Of a DNA stretch of 64,000 nucleotides, positions 28,713 through 41,935 are shown in pieces (within the stretch, counting starts at the first letter, position 1; every line of letters begins with the position of its first letter). Source of the stretch: Nemertoderma westbladi (lineage: Eukaryota; Animalia; Xenacoelomorpha); NCBI GenBank assembly GCA_032718475.1, contig JAUCBJ010000678.1, positions 67,882 through 131,881 on the forward strand. Direction: 5' to 3'. The notes under the pieces were generated by a model. That model ran no database searches, was not told the DNA's origin, and saw only the letters and a list, made by a program, of their open reading frames with translations. Position numbers and translations under genes: made by a program.

Positions 28713-29251
28713 GGCTGGCATTATTGTACACTTTGGGCCACAGTTGTTACATTTATTTTGATAAGTTTAAATGTTTAAAGGTTCCATGATGCAAACACAT
28801 GAACATTGATAGCCAGTAGCTCCGAGAGATTCCCCGTACTTAGTTCCAATTTAAGCCTCATGCGAATTTAGTTGCAATGGAAACGAATTTAGTTACAATT
28901 TAGGCGAACTTAGTTACAATAAAAAGGGAAAGACGAAAACGAATTTGGTTCAAATGCAGGCGAACTTAGTTCCAATGGATGCGAACTTAGTTCCAATGGA
29001 TGCGAACTTAGTTCCAATGGATGCGAACTTAGTTCCAATGGATGCGAATTTAGTTACAATTTAGGCGAACTTAGTTACAATGGATGCGAATTTAGTTACA
29101 ATTTAGGCGAACTTAGTTACAATAAAAAGGGAAAGACGAAAACGAATTTAGTTCAAATGCAGGCGAACTTAGTTCCAATGGATGCGAACTTAGTTCCAAT
29201 GGATGCGAACTTAGTTCCAATGGATGCGAATTTAGTTCCAACTTTTCAGGT

Positions 29252-29633
29252 GTGGGGCGAGCCACGTATTTCGGTGTGGCACTGTTTAATGCCACTATTA
29301 GGTAATTGGGTAAATAATAATTGTAAATAAGTAACCCAAACAACGCCCAACCTGCTAACACAAATAACGCCGTAGAACGAAAACGTATTTGGTGTGAAAA
29401 TGGGCAAATGTGCATGACTTCAGTATATAATTCAGTCAGTCAGAATCAGTATACTCGTTATTAATATATATTTTAAAATGTGTAATTATACATTTAATTC
29501 ATTAATAATAATTCGTTTTTAAAAATTGACAGAATGGTTTTACAATTATTTACAATTATTGTTGACCCTGACCCACCCCAAATAGTGGCAATACGCAATA
29601 GGCTTCGCCTATTACGTGGCTATCTATCCCCAC
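29252..29633. mobile_element. Helentron/DINE-like non-autonomous insert in the foldback core
   Basis: gtggggcgagccacgta at the left end is imperfectly inverted by tacgtggct...ccccac at the right. Subterminal hairpin aataggc-ttc-gcctatt (29597-29613). The tggggcgagcca motif recurs near 14206 and 49167. Confidence 0.45.
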
Positions 29634-29642
29634 GATTGAAAC

Positions 29643-32600
29643 ATTGGAACTAAGTTCATTTTGGAACTTGGAACTTGGAATTTGGAACTAAGTTCATTTT
29701 GGCATCCATTGGAACTAAATTCGCTTATTGGAACTAAGTTCGCTTATTGGAACTAAGTTCGCATCCATTGGAACTAAATTCGCATCCATTGGAACTAAAT
29801 TCGTATCCATTGGAACTAAATTCGTATCCATTGGAAGTAAATTCGCTTATTGGAACTAAGTTCGCTTCCATTGGAATTATATTTGCATGCATTGGAACTA
29901 AGTTCGTATCCATTGGAACTAAATTCACATCCATTGGAACTAAGTTCGCTTCCATTGTAACTAAATTCGCTTCTATTGGAACTAAATTCGCATCCATTGG
30001 AACTAAATTCGCATCCATTGGAACTAAATTCGTATCCATTGGAACTAAATTCGTATCCATTGGAAGTAAATTCGCTTATTGGAACTAAGTTCGCTTCCAT
30101 TGGAATTATATTTGCATGCATTGGAACTAAGTTCGTATCCATTGGAAGTAAATTCGCTTATTGGAACTAAGTTCGCTTCCATTGGAATTATATTTGCATG
30201 CATTGGAACTAAGTTCGCATCCGTTGGAACTAAATTCGCATCCATTGGAACTAAGTTCGCTTCCATTGTAACTAAATTCGCTTCCATTGGAATTATATTC
30301 GCATGCATTGGAACTAAGTTCGCATCCGTTGGAACTAAATTCGTATGCATTGGAACTAAATTCACATGCATTGGAACTAAATTAGTTTTAGTCTTTCCCT
30401 TGTTATTGGAACTAAGTTCGCATCCATTGGGACTAAATTCGTTTTAGTCTTTCCCTTGTTATTGGAACTAAGTTCGTATCCATTGGAACTAAGTTCGTAT
30501 CCATTGGAACTAAATTTGCTTCAATTGGAACTAAATTCGCATGCATTGGAACTAAATTAGTTTTAGTCTTTCCCTTATTATTGGAACTAAGTTCGCATCC
30601 ATTGGGACTAAATTCGTTTTAGTCTTTCCCTTGTTATTGGAACTAAGTTCGTATCCATTGGAACTAAGTTCGTATCCATTGGAACTAAGTTCGCATCCAT
30701 TGGGACTAAATTCGTTTTAGTCTTTCCCTTGTTATTGGAACTAAGTTCGCTTCCATTGGAACTAGGTTCGCATCCATTGGAACTAAATTTGCTTCCATTG
30801 GAACTAAATTTGCTCCCATTGGAACTAAATTCGTTTTAGTCTTTCCCTTGTGATTGGAACTAAGTTCGTATCCATTGGAACTAAGTTCGTATCCATTGGA
30901 ACTAAATTTGCTTCAATTGGAACTAAATTCGCATGCATTGGAACTAAATTCGCATGCATTGTAACTAAATTCGCATGCATTGGAACTAATTTCGTTTTAG
31001 TCTTTCCCTTGTTATTGGAACTAAGTTAATATCCATTGGAACTAAATTTGCTCCCATTGGAACTAAATTCGTATGCATTGGAACTAAATTCGCATCCATT
31101 GGAACTAAATTCGTTTTAGTATTTCCCTTGTTATTGGAACTAAGTTAATATCCATTGGAACTAAATTTGCTCCCATTGGAACTAAATTCGTATGCATTGG
31201 AACTAAATTCACATGCATTGGAACTAAATTTGTTTTAGTCTTTCCCTTGTTATTGGAACTAAGTTCGTATCCATTGGAACTAAATTTGCTTCCATTGGAA
31301 CTAAATTCGCATGCATTGGAACTAAATTCGCATGCATTGGAACTAAATTCGCATGCATTGGAACTAAATTCGTTTTAGTCTTTCCCTTGTTATTGGAACT
31401 AAGTTAATATCCATTGGAACTAAATTTGCTCCCATTGGAACTAAATTCGTATGCATTGGAACTAAATTCGCATCCATTGGAACTAAATTCGTTTTAGTCT
31501 TTCCCTTGTTATTGGAACTAAGTTAATATCCATTGGAACTAAATTTGCTCCCATTGGAACTAAATTCGTATGCATTGGAACTAAATTCACATCCATTGGA
31601 ACTAAATTCGCATGCATTGGAACTAAATTCGCATGCATTGGAACTAAATTCGTTTTAGTCTTTCCCTTGTTATTGGAACTAAGTTCGTATCCATTGGAAC
31701 TAAGTTCGTATCCATTGGAACTAAATTTGCTTCCATTGGAACTAAATTCGCATGCATTGGAACTAATTTCGTTTTAGTCTTTCCCTTGTTATTGGAACTA
31801 AGTTCGTATCCATTGGAACTAAGTTCGTATCCATTGGAACTAAGTTCGTATCCATTGGAACTAAATTTGCTCCCATTGGAACTAAATTTGTTTTAGTCTT
31901 TCCCTTTTTATTGGAACTAAGTTCGTATCCATTGGAACTAAATTCGTTTTAGTCTTTCCCTTGTTATTGGAACTAAGTTCGTATCCATTGGAACTAAATT
32001 TGCTTCAATTGGAACTAAATTCGCATGCATTGGAACTAAATTCACATGCATTGGAACTAAATTCGTTTTAGTCTTTCCCTTGTTATTGGAACTAAGTTCG
32101 TATCCATTGGAACTAAATTCGTTTTAGTCTTTCCCTTGTTATTGGAACTAAGTTAATATCCATTGGAACTAAATTTGCTTCAATTGGAACTAAATTCGCA
32201 TGCATTGGAACTAAGTTCACATGCATTGGAACTAAATTCGTTTTAGTCTTTCCCTTGTTATTGGAACTAAGTTCGTATCCATTGGAACTAAGTTCGTATC
32301 CATTGGAACTAAATTTGCTCTCATTGGAACTAAATTTGTTTTAGTCTTTCCCTTGTTATTGGAACTAAGTTCGTATCCATTGGAACTAAATTCGTTTTAG
32401 TCTTTCCCTTGTTATTGGAACTAAGTTCGTATCCATTGGAACTAAGTTCGTATCCATTGGAACTAAGTTCGTATCCATTGGAACTAAATTTGCTTCAATT
32501 GGAACTAAATTCGCATGCATTGGAACTAAATTTGCTCCCATTGGAACTAAATTCGCATGCATTGGAACTAAATTTGCTCCCATTGGAACTAAATTCGCAT

Positions 32601-35600
32601 GCATTGGAACTAAATTCGTTCTAGTCTTTCCCTTGTTATTGGAACTAAGTTCGTATCCATTGGAACTAAATTCGTTTTAGTCTTTCCCTTGTTATTGGAA
32701 CTAAGTTCGTATCCATTGGAACTAAATTCGCATGCATTGGAACTAAATTCGCATGCATTGGAACTAATTTCGTTTTAGTCTTTCCCTTGTTATTGGAACT
32801 AAGTTAATATCCATTGGAACTAAATTTGCTCCCATTGGAACTAAATTCGCATGCATTGGAACTAAATTCGTTTTAGTCTTTCCCTTGTTATTGGAACTAA
32901 GTTCGTATCCATTGGAACTAAATTTGCTTCCATTGGAACTAAATTCGCATGCATTGGATCTAAATTCGTTTTATTATTTCACTTGTTATTTGAACTAAGT
33001 TCGTATCCATTGGAACTAAATTCGTTTTAGTCTTTCCCTTGTTATTGGAACTAAGTTCGTATCCATTGGAACTAAATTTGCTCCCATTGGAACTAAATTT
33101 GTTTTAGTCTTTCCCTTGTTATTGGAACTAAGTTCGTATCCATTGGAACTAAATTCGTTTTAGTCTTTCCCTTGTTATTGGAACTAAGTTTGTATCCATT
33201 GGAACTAAATTTGCTCCCATTGGAACTAAATTTGTTTTATTCTTTCCCTTGTTATTGGAACTAAGTTCGTATCCATTGGAACTAAATTCGTTTTAGTCTT
33301 TCCCTTGTTATTGGAACTAAGTTCGTATCCATTGGAACGAAATTCGTTTTAGTCTTTCCCTTGTTATTGGAACTAAATTCGTATCCATTGGAACTAAATT
33401 TGCTCCCATTGGAACTAAATTCGTTTTAGTCTTTCCCTTGTTATTGGAACTAAGTTCGTATCCATTGGAACTAAATTCGCTTCCATTGGAACTAAATTCG
33501 CTTCAATTGGAACTAAATTCGCTTCCATTGGAACTAAATTTGCTTCCATTGGAACTAAATTCGCATGCATTGGAACTAAATTCGCATGCATTGGAACTAA
33601 ATTCGCATGCATTGGAACTAAATTCGTTTTAGTCTTTCCCTTGTTATTGGAACTAAGTTAATATCCATTGGAACTAAATTTGCTCCCATTGGAACTAAAT
33701 TCGTATGCATTGGAACTAAATTCGCATCCATTGGAACTAAATTCGTTTTAGTCTTTCCCTTGTTATTGGAACTAAGTTAATATCCATTGGAACTAAATTT
33801 GCTCCCATTGGAACTAAATTCGTATGCATTGGAACTAAATTCACATCCATTGGAACTAAATTCGCATGCATTGGAACTAAATTCGCATACATTGGAACTA
33901 AATTCGTTTTAGTCTTTCCCTTGTTATTGGAACTAAGTTCGTATCCATTGGAACTAAGTTCGTATCCATTGGAACTAAATTTGCTTCCATTGGAACTAAA
34001 TTCACATGCATTGGAACTAAATTCGTTTTAGTCTTTCCCTTGTTATTGGAACTAAGTTCGCATCCATTGGAACTAAGTTCGCATCCATTGGAACTAAATT
34101 TGCTTCAATTGGAACTAAATTCGCATGCATTGGAACTAATTTCGTTTTAGTCTTTCCCTTGTTATTGGAACTAAGTTCGTATCCATTGGAACTAAATTTG
34201 CTCCCATTGGAACTAAATTTGTTTTAGTCTTTCCCTTGTTATTGGAACTAAGTTCGTATCCATTGGAACTAAATTCGTTTTAGTCTTTCCCTTGTTATTG
34301 GAACTAAGTTCGTATCCATTGGAACTAAATTTGCTTCAATTGGAACTAAATTCGCATCCATTGGAACTAAATTTGCTCCCATTGGAACTAAATTTGTTTT
34401 AGTCTTTCCCTTGTTATTGGAACTAAGTTCGTATCCATTGGAACTAAATTCGTTTTAGTCTTTCCCTTGTTATTGGAACTAAGTTCGTATCCATTGGAAC
34501 TAAATTTGCTTCAATTGGAACTAAATTCGCATGCATTGGAACTAAATTTGCTCCCATTGGAACTAAATTTGTTTTAGTCTTTCCCTTGTTATTGGAACTA
34601 AGTTCGTATCCATTGGAACTAAATTCGTTTTAGTCTTTCCCTTGTTATTGGAACTAAGTTAATATCCATTGGAACTAAATTTGCTTCAATTGGAACTAAA
34701 TTCGCATGCATTGGAACTAAATTCACATCCATTGGAACTAATTTCGTTTTAGTCTTTCCCTTGTTATTGGAACTAAGTTCGTATCCATTGGAACTAAGTT
34801 CGTATCCATTGGAACTAAATTTGCTCCCATTGGAACTAAATTTGTTTTAGTCTTTCCCTTGTTATTGGAACTAAGTTCGTATCCATTGGAACTAAATTCG
34901 TTTTAGTCTTTCCCTTGTTATTGGAACTAAGTTCGTATCCATTGGAACTAAGTTCGTATCCATTGGAACTAAATTTGCTTCAATTGGAACTAAATTCGCA
35001 TGCATTGGAACTAAATTTGCTCCCATTGGAACTATATTCGTTCTAGTCTTTCCCTTGTTATTGGAACTAAGTTCGTATCCATTGGAACTTAATTCGTTTT
35101 AGTCTTTCCCTTGTTATTGGAACTAAGTTCGTATCCATTGGAACTAAATTCGCATGCATTGGAACTAAATTCGCATGCATTGGAACTAATTTCGTTTTAG
35201 TCTTTCCCTTGTTATTGGAACTAAGTTAATATCCATTGGAACTAAATTTGCTCCCATTGGAACTAAATTCGCATGCATTGGAACTAAATTCGTTTTAGTC
35301 TTTCCCTTGTTATTGGAACTAAGTTCGTATCCATTGGAACTAAATTTGCTTCCATTGGAACTAAATTCGCATGCATTGGATCTAAATTCGTTTTATTATT
35401 TCACTTGTTATTTGAACTAAGTTCGTATCCATTGGAACTAAATTCGTTTTAGTCTTTCCCTTGTTATTGGAACTAAGTTCGTATCCATTGGAACTAAATT
35501 TGCTCCCATTGGAACTAAATTTGTTTTAGTCTTTCCCTTGTTATTGGAACTAAGTTCGTATCCATTGGAACTAAATTCGTTTTAGTCTTTCCCTTGTTAT

Positions 35601-38218
35601 TGGAACTAAGTTTGTATCCATTGGAACTAAATTTGCTCCCATTGGAACTAAATTTGTTTTAGTCTTTCCCTTGTTATTGGAACTAAGTTCGTATCCATTG
35701 GAACTAAATTCGTTTTAGTCTTTCCCTTGTTATTGAAACTAAGTTCGTATCCATTGGAACGAAATTCGTTTTAGTCTTTCCCTTGTTATTGGAACTAAAT
35801 TCGTATCCATTGGAACTAAATTTGCTCCCATTGGAACTAAATTCGTTTTAGTCTTTCCCTTGTTATTGGAACTAAGTTCGTATCCATTGGAACTAAATTC
35901 GCTTCCATTGGAACTAAATTCGCTTCAATTGGAACTAAATTCGCATGCATTGGAACTAAATTCGCTTCCATTGGAACTAAATTCGCATGCATTGGAACTA
36001 AATTCGCATGCATTGGAACTAAATTCGCATGCATTGGATCTAAATTCGTTTTATTCTTTCCCTTGTTATTGGAACTAAGTTCGTATCCATTGGAACTAAA
36101 TTCGTTTTAGTCTTTCCCTTGTTATTGGAACTAAGTTCGTATCCATTGGAACTAAATTCGTTTTAGTCTTTCCCTTGTTATTGGAACTAAATTCGTATCC
36201 ATTGGAACTAAATTTGCTCCCATTGGAACTAAATTCGTTTTAGTCTTTCCCTTGTTATTGGAACTAAGTTCGTATCCATTGGAACTAAATTCGTTTTAGT
36301 CTTTCCCTTGTTATTGGAACTAAGTTCGTATCCATTGGAACTAAATTCGTTTTAGTCTGTCCCTTGTTATTGGAACTAAATTCGTATCCATTGGATCTAA
36401 ATTTGCTCCCATTGGAACTAAATTTGTTTTAGTCTTTCCCTTGTTATTGGAACTAAGTTCGTATCCATTGGAACTAAATTCGCTTCCATTGGAACTAAAT
36501 TCGCATGCATTGGAACTAAATTCGCATGCATTGGAACTAAATTCGCATGCATTGGATCTAAATTCGTTTTATTCTTTCCCTTGTTATTGGAACTAAGTTC
36601 GTATCCATTGGAACTAAATTCGTTTTAGTCTTTCCCTTGTTATTGCAACTAAGTTCGTATCCATTGGAACTAAATTTGCTTCAATTGGAACTAAATTCGC
36701 ATGCATTGGAACTAAATTCGCATGCATTGGAACTAAATTCGTTTTAGTCTTTCCCTTGTTATTGGAACTAAGTTCGTATCCATTGGAACTAAATTTGCTT
36801 CCATTGGAACTAAATTCGTATGCATTGGAACTAAATTCGCATGCATTGGAACTAAATTCGTTTTCGTCTTTCCCTTGTTATTGGAACTAAGTTAATATCC
36901 ATTGGAACTAAATTTGCTTCAATTGGAACTAAATTCGCATGCATTGGAACTAAATTCGTTTTAGTCTTTCCCTTGTTATTGGAACTAAGTTCGCATCCAT
37001 TGGAACTAAGTTCATATCCATTGGAACTAAATTTGCTTCCATTGGAACTAAATTCACATGCATTGGAACTAAATTCGTTTTAGTCTTTCCCTTGTTAGTG
37101 GAACTAAGTTCGTATCCATTGGAACTAAATTTGCTTCCATTGGAACTAAATTCGCATGCATTGGAACTAAATTCGTTTTAGTCTTTCCCTTGTTATTGGA
37201 ACTAAGTTCGCATCCATTGGAACTAAGTTCATATCCATTGGAACTAAATTTGCTTCCATTGGAACTAAATTCACATGCATTGGAACTAAATTCGTTTTAG
37301 TCTTTCCCGTGTTATTGGAACTAAGTTCGCATCCATTAGAACTAAGTTCGTATCCATTGGAACTAAGTTCGCATCCATTGGGACTAAATTCGTTTTAGTC
37401 TTTCTCTTGTTATTGGAACTAAGTTCGTATCCATTGGAACTAAATTTGCTTCCATTGGAACTAAATTCGCATGCATTGGAACTAAATTCGCATGCATTGG
37501 AACTAAATTCGTTTTCGTCTTTCCCTTGTTATTAGAACTAAGTTCGTATCCATTGGAACTAAGTTCGCATCCATTGGGACTAAATTCGTTTTAGTCTTTC
37601 TCTTGTTATTGGAACTAAGTTCGCATCCATTAGAACTAAGTTCGTATCCATTGGAACTAAGTTCGCATCCATTGGGACTAAATTCATTTTAGTCTTTCTC
37701 TTGTTATTGGAACTAAGTTCGTATCCATTGGAACTAAATTTGCTTCCATTGGAACTAAATTCGCATGCATTGGAACTAAATTCGCATTCATTGGAACTAA
37801 ATTCATTTTCGTCTTTCCCTTGTTATTGGAACTAAGTTCGTATCCATTGGAACTAAGTTCGTATCCATTGGAACTAAGTTCGCATCCATTGGGACTAAAT
37901 TCGTTTTAGTCTTTCTCTTGTTATTGGAACTAAGTTCGTATCCATTGGAACTAAATTTGCTCCTATTGGAACTAAATTCGTTTTAGTCTTTCCCTTGTTA
38001 TTGGAACTAAGTTCGTATCCATTGGAACTAAGTTCGTATCCATTGGAACTAAATTTGCTTCCGTTGGAACTAAATTCGCATGCACTGGAACTAAATTCGC
38101 ATGCATTGGAACTAAGTTCGTTTTGATATTCTGGGATTGGAACTAAGTTCGCCTCGATTTGAACTAAGTTTGCTTTATAAAATTCATTTTGGAACTAAAT
38201 TCGTTTCGATTGGAACTT
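29643..38218. repeat. Composite satellite: 21-bp units (ccattggaactaaattcgcat) interspersed with a 35-bp unit (ggaactaaattcgttttagtctttcccttgttatt)
   Basis: Directly visible; blocks of one 35-mer plus a variable number of 21-mers. Confidence 0.96.
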
Positions 38219-39578
38219 AAGTTAGTGCTACCGCTCCGAGCTATTAGCTGCTGGCTCGTCGCCAATAGCTAATAGCCGGGGCCAATAAAATTAGCTATTG
38301 GCCGCAGCCAGTCCCAGTGGCTACGGTCCGTGAAGTTAGTAGCTATTTGCGAGAGGAAAGAAAATAGCCTTCAACCAAATCAGAGCCATGGCTACACGCT
38401 ACGTGCCATGCTATATATTTCACGTAGGCCTAAACTGTATCTGTTTCATCATTTTGTCTACACAACCTGTATTCGATACAATATTTAAATCAATAATATA
38501 CAGTTTGTAATAATAAACAAATAAGAAAGATACGCCCTGGCTAGTATCAAACCAAGACCACCGGAGAGATGTGAATGCAATTCAATGGATTTAACTACTA
38601 CACAAGGTTTTGTTATTCTACAAGGTTTTGTTATTCTACAAGTTTTTGTTATTTTACCAGTTTTTGTTATTCTGGTTTTGTTTTATTTATTTATTTAAAA
38701 AAAAATAATTCTAGAACATATGTATTTTGTTCTAGAACAACGGGTGTGGGGTCCGAAACTGGTACGTGCCACGTCCTCAATTAAAAATTAAAGTAAGCCG
38801 TGAAAACTTTATATGTGATGGGTGGACATTAACTGAAAGATACAAAACAAAGATTCGATGTGGAACCATTGCAGATAGCTGTGTTTTTCATGGGAACCGG
38901 GATGACATTGTCTCAAATAGCTACGAGCCGCGGCCAACAGCTAGTAGCCTGCCGATACTAGCTATTTTCAGTGGCTTTTTACCCGATTTTAGCTGTTGTT
39001 ATTTGATCTCCTTCTGTAATAATTATTATATTGTATATGTAATATTTTCAATAAATATGATCTGTTATATTACATTTATATCATATTTGTTGATGGTGTA
39101 ATTTAATCAGGGGCATTAAGTTGCCCAAAGTTGATGTTGTGTTGTATAAAGCGCTAGCTTATATGCGTTGAGAAGTAATAGATATAACAAATACTGTAGG
39201 TTAATTTTTTAAAGTCACTACATATTTGGCGTTTGCGCATATATGGGGGGACTTCCGGTGCAATAAAAATTCACCACCCTCCCCATGGGAGAATCGACGC
39301 AAATAACAGTTGAGTACTCACAAAAAGAACTGTAAGATGTTATATTGACTTTAGTTTATTGTTTTGGTTAGAATATATGCCACTGTAACCTGCACCTTTA
39401 CCTTAATTGATATTATTACATTGAGACGAGATATTAATTCACCGAGAAGGGATATTTGCGTCAAGTTTTCCCCTGATTCAGTTTGCGGTCATTTTACGCC
39501 AATAACTCCCAATTGATGTACCAGAGAGTAGGCCCTAGAGACACAGATATTATATAAACTGTACCATCCATCGCGCAG

Positions 39579-39729
39579 GTATATTCCGGGAACTGCTCCG
39601 TATCGCGCGGCTAAAGCTTCGGCGTTGCTGAATGAATGTATCCGAGAGGAGATGGAGAAAAGTAAAATCAAACACATCAAACACGAAAAACAGTGCAGTT
39701 TAATCGAAGCCTGGCTACAACGTGCCGAG
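39579..39729 (+). CDS. Cytochrome P450, coding exon 4 (F-G loop to helix H)
   Basis: Acceptor cgcag|G completes ATG with exon 3 (phase 2). YIPGTAPYRAAKASALLNECIREEMEKSK...CSLIEAWLQRAE fits the YLPG...DFIDAYL pattern. Donor gag|gtaact, phase 0. Confidence 0.85.
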
Positions 39730-40275
39730 GTAACTATAAAATCTAAATTATACTAAATAAAAGTGTAAATTACTTTACTATTAATTAAATATTAACACTA
39801 CAAGCTCTATACTCTGGTGCATTTCAAGGCTACTATTTTCTTTGGAAAATCCTATTATTAGCAAAAACCTAATAAAGGTAACGTCAAAAATGTCAAGCAT
39901 CTTTAGCGCATTTCTTAATCACTGTTTAAATTATCTTCATATCTACTGCATCTTATCTTATTATTATTATATTCTATTAGTTACTAGAAACGATACGAAG
40001 CAGCGTGAAACGAAATTGCCCAGATAGTCAACGCAGTACTCATATCCACTACAAGTAGGCCTACTGTACTCATCTCCACTTACAAGCTCGCTGCATTCGT
40101 ACTGTTTTGTCTGAAAATAATGATAACGATAATGATAACGGAATGGTTAGAGCGCCAGTCTTCCTAAATGGAGGTCACCAGTTCGTTCCCATCTGGACGT
40201 AAATGCCGACTTTTATAAGCTGTGACCTTATTAATATAATAAATAGTATTAATAAATGTTTATTGCGGTACGTAG

Positions 40276-40450
40276 GACAAAGAAGACGGAGACGCATTCC
40301 GGAATGATAAGGACCTGATGTACATGTTGCGGGATATTTGGCACGCTTCGTTCGCATCTACGTGGCATACGTTAATGTGGATGTTTCCGTTGCTAGCCAA
40401 TAACAGTGACGTACAAGATCAATGTCATTCGGTTTTGAACGACTTCTATG
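40276..40450 (+). CDS. Cytochrome P450, coding exon 5 (I and J helices, atypical)
   Basis: Acceptor cgtag|gac. DKEDGDAFRNDKDLMYMLRDIWHASFASTWHTLMWMFPLLANNSDVQDQCHSVLNDFYG aligns to the F.DENL...DLF.AGTETT.TTL.W...L...PDVQ pattern. Donor g|gttagt, phase 1. Confidence 0.85.
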
Positions 40451-41090
40451 GTTAGTAGGCCTAATCGGCCTAATTCACCTTCGTGATTCTCTATAAACAG
40501 TTATTTTCTAGCACATAACGTAAAATATTAGTTATACAGTAGTTTAGGCGAGGCTGAGGTTGAATAAATAGTTAGGTAACATAACAAAGTGTGCTACATG
40601 ATGAATATGCCTCGCTGAACGTATACAATGAATGGTTAAAGTTAAAGATATTCTAGAAAATAGTATATTTCTAAAACTATAATTTAATATGATTCTAAAA
40701 TTAAAAACTGACCGAAAAGTATCTGAAAAAAGCTAAACCAAACAAAATATTGTTTAATGCACTGGATTTGGCAAGTTAAAGACATTCTAATATCAAAAAC
40801 ACCACTGCAAACAACACCGTATCTTCGTGCTCCAATAGCCCAGTCACAATAAGGCTCAACCTCGGACCAATACCAACAGAAATTAAATTACGATTAATTT
40901 CTTGCACAAATTTGATGCTTATCGAAATCAGTTGGTGGGTAAAAAGCTAAAATTCAAATAGAATAATTAACTTTCTCCTTGCAAAATTGCTCCAATTTTC
41001 ATCATTTTTTAAAGAATTTATTTTCAAATCGAAAAGTAAGGAAGGAAGCAAATGTCGATTTCTTTCCCATTTTTTTCCCCAAAAAAATTG

Positions 41091-41935
41091 CAGGTGTCGA
41101 ACGATTTTGACATGATTTTTTCCCGGCCCTTTCCCGGTTTTTCCAGGTTCATTTGTGAATTTCACCGGTTTGATGACATAATCTATACCTATAAAAATCA
41201 AATTCTGTCTGTCTCTCTCTCTCTCTGTGTTCGAACTCCTCCAAAACAGGCAGAGGGGTTGCGCTGGAACTATAATATTATTGTATTAAAATATTATTGT
41301 AAATATTATATTATTGTATTCAATTTAATTGCATAATATAATTATATAATAATAATGTGCATTTACATTGAATTATAATTTTACCCCTCAAGTTAATATA
41401 TTTTATTAAATACTAAACTCAGAGTTGTTTTAGCTCTTCTATCTCATCGTTCAGCCTGTCTACTGTTTTAGAATAAAGTTTTCACATAAAGTTTTAGCAA
41501 CAATTCACAAAAGTTTATCTATAAAAAAAACCTTTTATCAATAAAAGGCTTGTTTAATCTATGAGCACAACCCTTTTTCCCAATACCTTTTACTTGTGGG
41601 TTTTATTTTATTGACATGTGTGTTGTTTAATAGTGACCTATTTAGTGGCTGACAATATATTATCTTTAGTATTTTTTAACATTTACTATTTTTAACGACT
41701 GCCTTCTTTGATATTACGGGTGGAATAAGGTTTTACCTTCTCCGGTTCTACCTTTTAATAAATAAATAGTAAATAAATAAAAAATAATAAATACAAAATT
41801 GGTAATTATTTTACTATAAAGAATGATGTTCAAAATTGGAAAAATTCCCGGTTACATGAAATTTTTCCAAGGCATTTTCCAGGGTTTTCCCGGTTTAATT
41901 TTTTCCCGGCCTTTTCCCGGTCGTTCGACACCCTG
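41091..41935. mobile_element. hAT-like MITE
   Basis: Left caggtgtcgaacga; right tcgttcgacaccctg (reverse complement cagggtgtcgaacga). Subterminal ttcccgg repeats at both ends. No clean TSD. Confidence 0.55.

Larger units (their letters stand above)
28827..38232. mobile_element. Foldback-like element with asymmetric inverted 21-bp repeat arms
   Basis: Left arm (about 28838-29241) is gcgaacttagttccaatggat units; right arm (about 29643-38218) is the reverse complement. Flanked by direct repeat gctccgag (28819-28826, 38233-38240). Confidence 0.7.

Noticed and set aside
15248-28731. Minus-strand ORFs up to 1003 aa (VYVFTAVGVVVFINSTYIVSRLR repeats)
   Set aside because: Antisense reading of the 69-bp exon-derived repeat. 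Open only because 69 is a multiple of 3; broken by +5 and -1 variants.
29643-38218. CRISPR-like look of constant ATTGGAACTAA blocks with variable intervening bases
   Set aside because: Intervening pieces are short and recurrent rather than unique spacers; no cas genes; eukaryotic context. The LELNSH and MDANLVP ORFs are also repeat artefacts.
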